Assembly (NCBI GenBank): GCA_021613535.1
Contig: CP075493.1
Span: forward strand, 16,244,001-16,308,000
DNA length: 64,000 nt
DNA from: Adineta vaga
Lineage: Eukaryota; Animalia; Rotifera
Direction of reading: 5' to 3'
The position numbers and the translations under genes are program-made. Each line of letters begins with the position of its first letter. The stretch's first letter is position 1. The notes beneath the pieces were generated by a model. That model was not told where the DNA came from, made no database searches, and saw nothing but the letters and a program-made list of their open reading frames with translations. Shown here piece after piece: positions 39,501-50,000 of the stretch.

Positions 39501-42500
39501 TCAACTTTTATTAGGGATGTGTCGTTATTAAGGACAAAAATTAGGTGGACGCCGTTATCAGAACGAAAAATCACTTTATTGTCGTTATTAAGGTCAAAAA
39601 ATAGCTGAGTGTCGCTATTAGGGAGAAAAATAGCTTGGTGTCTTAATTAGGGCAAAAATTTTGCTAGGTGTCGTTGTTAGGGATACCTATTTTTTCCATT
39701 GATCCGAGATGATTTTTGTTGATATTGGGATTCTCTTATGAGATGATTCAATCGACCTGAACTGCTAGATATAAGTAGAACTTGCCATCAATTTTTGAGT
39801 GAAAACTGTCAATACACTTTTTTCTGAAAAAAATTCATTTTTGGCATAAATTTTGCTTGAGTGTCGTTATTATGGAAGTAGCACGTAATAACGACAGCAA
39901 GACATCATGACCGTAGACCGGTGATATCTCCACGAAAATATATGAGAAAAGGGATCGGAAATATACCATTCGAAAGAGCACCATCCAAAGATTCCCCAAA
40001 TATAAAGTTGTTTGAAATCGGTCATAATATAGATGAACGCGAATAAAAACAAAATAAAGTTTCATTTCAGTGTCGTTATTAGGGAGAAGTACTGTAACAT
40101 TAAAGATAATCATTAATAAATGGACAAAATCCTTCGATGACTAAAATAACATTTCGGAAAATGAAGCAGAACACATAAATTAATATAACTTCTCAGTTTC
40201 TCTTTTAAGGGACCTTACACAGAAACATACTTTCGTAATATATCAAAGAGCTAGTAGTTCAGTTTCATTTACACATAAGAATAACTAATCTTATGCGCTA
40301 ACGAGAGCGTTGGAATATGTTGAATAGGAAACGAACATATTTGGAGACAAAATTCGAAATGAAACTTTCGTGATTTAATACAATATCACTGTTTCTAATA
40401 CAACACTCACCATAAGTTTATCATAGATTGTTGATTGTAACACTTTATCATGAGAATGTATCTCGAGTAAATCTATTGATTTTTTATAGCAAACCGCTGC
40501 TAAAGTATGTAGTTCTTCACGTAGAGTAACCGCTAAATTGGCAACTTCAATGTAAAATTTAATGGCATCATTTGCCAGTTGTTGACTTAAATCATCTGTA
40601 TTACAATATAGTCCACGTATATTATTCGCAAAGGTCTTCATCCAGTTTGAACGAGAACTAATATCCGTACTAGGACCGTAAATATACGTGTGTAATGAAA
40701 CACATTCTTTGACTTCCAATAAACTGAAAAGTATTTCTGCTGAACTGGCTGAAGTTACTAAAAATAGCACTTTGTGATGATTTTGCGATATATAAGTAAA
40801 GCATTTGACAGCATTCTGATAGACAATCCATGATTGGTAAGTAAAATTTTGGAACACAATATCTACTTCATATACAGAGGTGTCCAGCCATATAAATTGA
40901 AAATCACGGATATTCAAATATTTTTCGATGGAATCATTGTAAGTCGTATTCGAATCAAATTTTAAAGATATGTCAAAAAAGCTCTTATAAAAATTTACAA
41001 ATCCATCATCAACAATTGAGAATTTAATTTCTAGACCATCGCACGAGCTTTCTGATGTAGTACACTTTTTTTTCTGCATAATCAAACCACGATTAGCACT
41101 TGTCCTATGCAATAAAAGGAAATATATGAAGCAGCATAATAATATAAATGGAACTGATATAGTAAATATTCAAATGATTAATATTCAGCAGAAAATTAGC
41201 TTTATGATAATACTATTCAGTGAAGGAATATTACTCTTACTTTTATTACTAACTGATGCTCAGTAAAAGGTATAACTGAGTGAAAAATTAGCTTCCGACT
41301 TTAATTTAGCGATGCAGTATTTGATCATATTACGATTATTGATAAGTGACTTCGCGCCTGCTAAAAACAGTGTATTGATCACGACTATCACGAACTATGG
41401 CCAAGCTAACCGTACTGTGAATTCATTCTTAATATAGTGTATGAGGTAGGGTCACATAGCCTAGAGAGATGGAACATTTTCTTGTCTGTTAGAGGTACAT
41501 TAAAATAAAACTTTTTAACATATATTGTACGAGAATAATGCGTTACTGCTACTGCTTTTGTTATACTACATGTGCAAAGGAACTTTACAATGTCTATAAA
41601 TACTCAGTTTATCAACTAATACGAAGAACAATTTTAGAGCGAGTTAGTTACAATGAGATATCTGAATAACAATATGCACAAATTCATTAGTAAACAATGA
41701 TATCAAAAGTTTTGTAACTTATAAAGAATATCCAACTCTCTCTTTCTGCCAAACTCGTAATTTCACCAACAATAAGCGTCTTTACATACGGTCATAGTGA
41801 ACTTACTCATTATCGTTTGTATAATGACGAACAGCTAATGATAATTGGTCTTGAGTATTGAAAATACCAGCAACTTTGTTATAACTTCTATCATTGATAG
41901 AATTATATGTTACACAGGTTTCGCAGTATAAATAGATTGTAGCAATTGATGGTATTTCATAAATTAGTGGTATGATTGTTCCACTAAATATGTCTGATAC
42001 AATAATAAGCACTGTTTCATCTTCTAATGATGAGATGTAATCGATGCACATATCTGCATCATCAAACACTTCCATTTCTTTTACTTGTTCTTTGATTCTA
42101 GTAATTATTGATTTTTCTTGCTCATTATGTGTGCTTTTCCCAAACCAAACGACAATAGAAAAAAATCTGCTAGCTGTCCTGAGAGAAAATTAAAATTCAT
42201 TCGCTTTATGATGAAGAGAAATCCAGTTCAGAAAATATTCACAAATCAAAATAGATTTGTTTTATTCATTTCAATGGATAGTGTGATTAGGTGCATCATG
42301 CATCTTTCTTGAGGATAGATTATAACCATCACCGAAAATTGTTGTGCTCGAAAACTACGTTGAAATCACAGACTGTCGAAATAGACATCTCCGAACTTTT
42401 CTTAATGATTAACACCTCGGATACCCTTTTTATCAACCATTCGTTTTGGTTATCATTATGCTTGCTCTCATTTGTATTCACACATGAATATATAAACAGA

Positions 42501-43287
42501 TATAGAGAATGTACGCTATTAAAGACGTGTATCGACCGTTTATACTATTAAAATGCAAATAATCAAACATATATGTCATCGATGATTGGTCAGTCGAAAG
42601 TCCTATCCTCTGAATGTATATTGACACAAGTAGTTTGACCGAAAGCATGTATCACAGAAATGCATATCGACAACCTGCATTTTGACGACAATGGTTTATA
42701 CTGTTTTAGAAATCTGTAAAAGCTAACAAAATATAAATGGCTATCTAGAGCCTCAGATTCTACCAAAGACACCCTCAATAAAACTGTTCGTAATAGTAAA
42801 TGTCTGATCATATAATGGAAATCCCTTTCATACGGTCATAGTGAACTTACTTATTATCTATCGTACAACCATTAATAGCTGTTATTAGTTGACCTTCAGT
42901 ACTGCAAATACCAGCAACTTTATTATGATTTTCATCATTCATATTTTCATAGACCAAACAGATTTCGCAGTATAAATAGATTGCAGCAATTGATGGTATT
43001 TCATAAATTAGTGGTATGATTGTTCCACTAAATATGTCTGATACAATAATAAGCACTGTTTCATCTTCTAATGATAAGATGTAATCGATGCACACATCTA
43101 TATAATCAAACACTTTCATTTCTTTCACTTGTTCTTTGATTCCACTAATTATTGAATTTTCTTGCTCATTATTTGGATCCTTTCCTAGCCAGACAGCAGT
43201 GACGTGTTTGCATAGCATATCTTTGCTTGTATAAGGCTGGTCAGAAGTTGTTGTTAAGATGTTTTCTATATTCATGATATCGTTATC
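33573..43287 (-). CDS. Multidomain protein: four receiver-like domains (two followed by TPR-like helices), a NEDD4-type C2 domain, a fifth receiver-like domain and two R-S-E class ADP-ribosyltransferase domains; 5' end uncertain
   Basis: Phase-consistent exons: ~43287-42851, 42178-41807, 41104-40411, 37908-37204, 36881-~36757, ~36688-36551, ~36484-36428, ~36260-36154, ~36091-36019, ~35761-35688, 35619-33573. ART1: WYTRESFVYRLLN, VYRGQ, FFSASS, HENEDETLF. ART2: WYTKDSILFRLLN, VYRGQ, FLSTS, IEDEEEVLF. C2: EIYG....ESHLLYIKI...DPIWNEGFLFRV.P..QRLVIEIYN..R...RVTG. Confidence 0.8.
38495..40094. mobile_element. Non-autonomous pogo/Tc1-type foldback element in an intron of the ART gene
   Basis: TA-CAGTACTTCT...AGAAGTACTG-TA; about 235-bp near-identical TIRs, further internal inverted blocks, and many TAATAACGACAC-like motifs. 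Confidence 0.9.
38750..39064. mobile_element. Nested non-autonomous CMC/EnSpm-type element, 315 bp
   Basis: CCCAGG...CCTGGG termini with a 2-bp AA duplication that splits a host CCCTAATAACGACAC motif; interior rich in CCGG/CGGA. Confidence 0.75.
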
Positions 43288-43641
43288 TAAAACTATAAAA
43301 CTCAAAAAAATAAAAAAGTCGAATTATAGAATTCAATGGAATACTCATACTCAAGATGAAAAGATACATAATTACACGTCATGCTAAATTCGATGCCTGA
43401 ACTTACATATTGACTATAACATATACATATAAATCTTTCTATATTGAGAACTTAATTGGATGAAGTTAAATGTCTTCTTCTTAGAATATTCACAGTTTCG
43501 TTGTCAAAATCTTGAATAATATCATAGCCATTCAAATAAGACCTAGGTTTTTGATGAAATCACGAGTAGGGATATAGACATGATTGAAGATATATTTCAA
43601 AGGGTGTGTGTTTGCAATGTGTATAGTCATCTATTGCTATC

Positions 43642-43767
43642 CCATGATGAACAATCTGACCGTCGAATCCTGTCGGAAAAATAATCAGTTTTCATCGAAA
43701 AGTTGTTGGATTCCGACTACTTCTGATGGATTCCTGGGGGATTCGATGGGGAAAGTTTGATCTGGGA
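43642..43767. mobile_element. Degenerate CCC...GGG mini-element
   Basis: CCCATGATGAACAATC / GAAAGTTTGATCTGGG imperfect termini with GGATTC/GAATCC internal motifs. Confidence 0.35.
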
Positions 43768-43775
43768 ATACCAAG

Positions 43776-44723
43776 TTTTTGTTTCCTCGACTGTAAGGAG
43801 GGTCATATGAAAAAAAATAGTTTGTCTGTCTGTCTGTCTGTTTGTGTCAGGATCAAAGGTCAAAAAAACATTTTTTTTATAATGATCGCAAACGTTGAAA
43901 ACTCATAGTAGGATGGGGCTAGGTCCAGTGAGAGTGAGTTGAGGGCGGGGGTGTTGGATGAGATCGTTTTTATAGAAAAAGTTATTATTTTGTTTTCGGA
44001 GGTTACTGTAGATTTCAGCAGTAACATTTGAGTGGTTTTCTCCTATGGTAAGTTGGCGGATCAATTCGTTGCACCGTTTGGTCTGACTAAAAATACCTGT
44101 TCTCCACAGTCGAGGGTTGAGTGAGTCGGCACGACGAGCGTTACTTGTGAGTATGTACGCGTATGACCTTGAGGTTACCGTATAAGGCAGGTTTACTACG
44201 TAGTATTGCCGACTCCTTCAGAACTGAGTCGAAATGAGGTGTAAGGGATAGATGGATTAGTTTGGGTTAAAACGATGAAATCGAACCGATGATATTGCCG
44301 CAATTTATGTACCAATGATACCTGGCAATGTTTCAGTGATCTAGCTATCTGAAGACATTTCGACCGCAAAGTATTATTAACGAAAAAAAGAAGATCATTT
44401 TAACTCACTGTGATAGAAAGACCAGATAAATTATATAAAGAAACAACTATGTTAATCTGTCGTCTACAAAATTTGATATGTGCTTATCAGTAGTTAAGAT
44501 TATATTATAAGCTTTTAACAAAAAAAATATTTTTTATCTCAAATTATTTCACAAAAAGACCGAACAGTATTTTTGAATGTTTCGATTTAAACAAAGAGAT
44601 CTGTATTGCTTATTTCTACACATCTCCTAGAACAATTCTGCTAACATGAGTAGATGCCAAAAATACTTATGTCCTTCTCACAGTCGGAAGTTACGTGAGT
44701 CGAAACGATGAACGTTAATTGTT
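43776..44723 (+). mobile_element. Helentron-associated non-autonomous element (DINE-1/HINE-like) with two 3' ends
   Basis: T-rich start, subterminal IR CCTCGACTGTAAGGAG (43785) pairing with CTCCACAGTCGAGG (44102), (GTCT)n microsatellite at ~43822-43845, a short 3' stem GTCGGCACGAC and an ACTTGT end. A second diverged 3' end lies at ~44676-44723. Confidence 0.65.
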
Positions 44724-45242
44724 GTTGAAAATTTCTTTACGTTGTTACCTTCATTAGGCAATGACATTTGAGAACAACAATGCATTGTTTGTTAGTGTGT
44801 GGATGTGGTAAATCTATCAGCTTTTTAACTACAGCTCAACATAGTAAGTATATGATAAGAAAAATATACGTGTATTTCTCCAACAAAAAAAACACGTTTT
44901 GCTTCTTCCGATATTTGTAACAGAACAGAAGAAGATTTTTTACTCCATTCATGCCGTCTATTTATTATGCACTTACCTCCGTCTTAACAAAGGTAAAATG
45001 GCATGAAATATTTCTAGTTTTGTTCTGTCGCATCCGCACATACTCTTTAAAAACAATCTTGTTTCGACTAATCACCAGTTTGGAAATGATTACACAGTTT
45101 TTGAGGAAATATTAAGTTCAAAATCGGGGCACATCAATCTCGAGATTCTATTGGCTAGTTTGAAACCAACTGTAGCCAAGCTTTCATGAAAACGAATATC
45201 GGCCGATGATTATGGTGGGATGAGTTAAACACATTACGACAT

Positions 45243-45288
45243 GAGTGTGGGTGTGAGTCAGACTATACTCTTAACCCACACCCTCAAG
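45243..45288. repeat. Inverted telomere-repeat cassette, copy 3
   Basis: GAGTGTGGGTGT-GAGTCAGACTATACTCTTAA-CCCACACCCTCAAG; same core and CCCTCAAG end as copy 1. Confidence 0.9.
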
Positions 45289-45765
45289 ATCTGGATCAGA
45301 TTTCTTCACGATTACATGGGATTATCCAAGACTTCTTCGAGATTACCCCGTTATCCACCATGAGTGCACCATAATCACACCGTAATCCACCATAACTCAC
45401 CATGATTCAGCATCATCTTATCACCCACCGAGATTACCAATTTTTTTTCTGATTTCCATTGCAAAAGTGCCACTTGTATTTATAGATGATTGTCCGCAAA
45501 ACAAAACGGTCAATGGATGGTGACCAAAATCTGGATTGTTGCATTCGAAGATTATTGAAGTTGAACGACTGATTTTGGATTTGGTTTATGAAAAGAGTCA
45601 CTTATATATATAGCTGATCGTGGATTTCACGATTAAAGGATTTCGAAGATTCCATTAAATTTCCTAGGATTACACCTGTATTTCTTTGAGATTCGACTAG
45701 ATCACCTAGCTTTCTTCAAGATTATCCAGGATTACCTAGGATTTGTTCAAGCTTCCACTACTATA

Positions 45766-46323
45766 CAGGGTGTTAAATAACCATTACGCCCCTCCTTCCC
45801 AACCTAAAGAGAAGATAGTACTCCCAACAATTTTATGCCAAATGAAAGCTCGTGAAAAACTGCATCTAGGGATGTGGTTAGAGAAAGTACAGTTTGTAAA
45901 ATTATTACGATACTAGGTTCGACACATGAATTTGTCATACATCACAGTCTCGATTATGTCAAAAAACTGTTGTGCCACTCACTAACTTAAGCTCTGAATC
46001 ATGGATACTTCAGTTTATTGACGATATTAAATGTTGAAAAACACATTTAATAAAAACTTGAAACAATGAAAAGTACAACCTATGAACAGGCAATTCGAAT
46101 ATATAAAAGATTATTTGTACTATTTCTATTCACATGAGGCTGTGTTCTGTATGACAAACTCATGTGTCGAACCTAGTATCGTAATAATTTTACAAACTGT
46201 ACTTTCTCTAACCACATCCCTAGATGCAGTTTTTCACCAGCTTTCATTTGGCATAAAATTGTTGGGAGTACTATCTTCTCTTTAGGTTGGGAAGGAGGGG
46301 CGTAATGGTTATTTAACACCCTG
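45766..46323. mobile_element. Tc1/mariner-type MITE
   Basis: TA-CAGGGTGTTAAATAACC...GGTTATTTAACACCCTG-TA; about 170-bp near-perfect TIRs. Confidence 0.9.
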
Positions 46324-47042
46324 TATATAAATATATTCATTTTATCTTATGAAACTATTTTAGATATTTATGACTTTTTCAATTGTCTCGAAAAGAACAA
46401 ACTCAAGCTTAAGTTATTAATTATCATCCTACTCCAAGAATAAAATCAGTTTTAAAATTCGATGATGATTCAGAAATAGAATGCAACTAGAGAAAAGATA
46501 GTCCGTTCTTCGGTTATAGGTAAAGATATAAAGTAAATGATTAACATGTAAAGAGCCTTTATCCAAATTCGATGAACTTGAAAGAAATTCTCAGTGCAAA
46601 ATATGTTTAATAATTATAAATAGAATACAAAGAAATAAAAACAACCATCAGAATCCAAGGAACTGAGTAAATTTAATCAATTCAAAGGTTCATTCTATTT
46701 CTCACATCTCTCTACATGTTCCGGATGAAAAAGTTTTAGAAAATGATTATTCGAAAACATTGTATATATTCTTTCGAAGCATACAAATTATAGATCTGAT
46801 TACTCTTAAGTATATTATGAACAATTCAATAAAATTCTTCAATAAATACATCGTATTCCGTTTGACTAGATGAATTTATTTCAATAATACGATATTAAAT
46901 GGTTTATGTAGAAAGAACTAATAAAGCAATCGAGTAAAATATTCATTATAGAAATATATAGTACAACAACAACAACAACAACAACAAATAAAATAAAAGC
47001 AAAAAACAAATACAAAATGATCTGATAGATGTCAATTGATTA

Positions 47043-50000
47043 TTATTCGATAATATTCAAAAATATCTCATAAAATCCACTGGATTCATTAACATCGATG
47101 ATATCTTCACGCCCATCAGTATTAAAATCTCCGATAGCAATCCAACCATTTCCATTAGTAATTCTTGTTAAAAATGCTATCTGTAATTGAAAATTTCCAT
47201 TCCCATCTCCAATTAATATGTTTACTTGATGAGACGTTCGACCAAAACCGATATCAAGAAAGCCATCGTTATTGAAATCTTTGACAAATAATTTATAGTT
47301 TGATATATCTCCTATATCATATTTCTTATTTTTACCTAAAGTTCCATTACCATAACCAAACATAACGATAATATAATTTCTTTCTTCATAAGAAATAACA
47401 ACATCTGATAGTTTGTCATTATTAAAGTCACCTATAGCAAAACTCTCTGGAGTATGAAGGCCTCCACTGATAGAAGTCTTTTGTTCTTGAAATGTTCCAT
47501 TACCGTATCCCAGAAAGATACCAATATTTTTATCATACTGATTTAAAACAGCAATATCTGGATAATTATCATTATTAAAATCAGTAACGGCAATGCTTAA
47601 TGGATAACTATTTATACCAGTACTATATCTCTCATATTTTGAAAATTTTCCGTCACACGATCCAGAAAATATATTAACGAAATTATTCCTATCACAAAAA
47701 GCAGTAGCAGTTGTCCAAACGATATCTAAGCATGGATCACCATTTAAATCAACTGAAATGACTTCTGTGGTTCCGGAGGATGTGGGTTGGTAAAAACTAT
47801 GTTGAAAACGGCCAAAACCATCTCCGAGTTTTACCGTCAATCCACCAAATTCACGAAAACCAATTAGATCGACTCGATTATCATTGTTAAAATCACCAGC
47901 AATAATTTGTATCAAATCATTATAAAAACCATAGGACATAAATTCTGTTCTAAATGTTCCATTACCATTTCCAAAGTACAAAGACACAATGTCTTTGCCT
48001 TCATTGAGAAAGGCGAGATCCATTCGATTATCACCATTAAAATCAGCAACAACGCGTTCTTTTTTCATATACAAAGGAATTTTCACACTATTTACTGGTT
48101 GAAATTTTAACTGATTTGGTGATTCTTAGAAATGAACAGAAACAAAAAATAATATACTTATTTCTTAAATCAAACTTATTTTGAAGAGATCTGTATCAAT
48201 ACGATATTGGGGTATTAGTATTGGTATTGTTACATCCCTATCCTTAATTTCAGGGACGTATAGTAAGGGGGATCCGTGGAGCGTACTGCCCCTCTGTTTT
48301 GGGAAAATTTTGGCGGTGCCCCCTGCTTAATTTAAAATTGATTAAAAATGAGTAAGGTAGTCGAAGAGTACCGATGATTATGTCAGAATATGTCCAGATA
48401 CTTTCAAAACTAGAAAATTTTTTCGAAAAAAATTAAATACTTTGTATTTTTGTTCATTGAAAAGATGATTGTTAAAAATAGGAATCATTTCTCATGACTT
48501 ACTGTATTGAGTTGTCGTTGTCGTTAATATATTTGTTACTAAAGTTGTATTGAAGCTAGTTGCCATAATTATCGTTGAAGTTGCTAAAGAATTTCAAGAC
48601 ATATATTGAAAGTGATTAAAAATATGAGATTCATATTTCTTTAGATGAATAGTATTTTTTTGAAAGAATTTATATTATTCGACATACTAGTTTATGTATT
48701 TTTAGTTTTCATTGTGATCCAAACCGTCAGTTAGTCGCGAGTCTTTTTCTACATAGTTTTTTCATTTCTAACTGAAGACATAATTTTTAAATCTTAAAAA
48801 TCTATCAGATTTTATAGTCATAATCACACCTCGTGAAATTTTTTTATAAGCGTGTGTTGAAGTCATTGGTACTACTCAGTTTTGTTTAGTTTTCGCGTTT
48901 GAATTTAACTTCGAGATCTTCATAAATCATATTTTAATATATTAGAAAAAGGTCTTTTGATGAAAATTAGCGTTCTGATGATTTTTTCTGAAGAAATGAT
49001 AAAAAATTCGATAAAAAAATGTTCGTCAAACGAAAAGCCGATTGTCAAGAAGCAATGATGATCGAAAACTATGATAGAAAGTCAAAGATATACATGTAGA
49101 TTCTTATTATATAATCGTTTAGTCTTTGTAAATTAAAAGATGAAAAACTAAATAAAAGAAAATCGATAAAATGACGATCCTACTTGTTATTGTTGTCTTG
49201 TTTTTTTGTCGAATAATATAAATAGAAAATATAATTAGATTTGTTATTATTAATAACAATGTTAAACATAAGAAAATTTTCTTAAAAGAACATCGATTCA
49301 ATGTTGTGCTACAGAAGAAACAAAATATATTTTTCATAGCAATGAAATTAAATCAGACGTACTACAATGGCACATTATCATTTGATGTTAATTCTGTATT
49401 TGAAAGAGAAGATAAAATATTTGTATTAGTAGGTATTGTTTCAACTAAACGTATAGGATGAATTGTATTTCTTTTATTCTTTTGATATCGATATATTTTG
49501 AATATATTTTGAATAATTTTCGGACTAATCCATCGAAGAACAATTGATAGACCGGATTGAATACTAAGTAAAATAGTTATTATATAAATTAAATTAAATT
49601 TTTCAATATAAGTATAAGAACATGATAAAGGAGAACATTGTTCATAATAAGATGTATAATTCATTGTTGTATTCCATTGTTCAATAAATAAATTATTAAT
49701 AAATTCATCAATAGTTGTATCAACTGAATATCGACTACTATTTAGTTTTACAAGTGCATCAAGAGAATTTGTTGTTGAATTGGTTTGATTGATTGTATTC
49801 ATATATTGTTGAATAGTATTAATACATGATTGATTATAAAAACATTCAAGTGTTGATAAACGAAAGGATTCACTTGGTAAACATCCTATTTTTAAACCTT
49901 CAATTAAAATAGTTTCCTTTGATGACTTGTTTTTATTAAACATAGCTTGACTTGTACAATTAGAATATAATCCACATGAACAAGTATTATTATTATAAAT

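Noticed and set aside
38505-39680. Recurring TAATAACGACAC motif suggesting a CRISPR array
   Set aside because: The repeats are only about 12 bp, irregularly spaced, in both orientations and inside a TIR element. There are no cas genes and the context is eukaryotic.
38470-40113. Mirror-image ORF pairs on opposite strands (38470/39835 and 38537/39870)
   Set aside because: They are by-products of the long TIRs of a foldback element and have no protein motifs.
41245-41320. Hammerhead-like CTGATG-stem-GAAA
   Set aside because: The core lacks the conserved A of CUGANGA and no convincing stem I can be formed.
47043-48125. Calling an integrin alpha
   Set aside because: The FG-GAP repeats are C-terminal on a type II stalk, with no thigh/calf domains or GFFKR motif.
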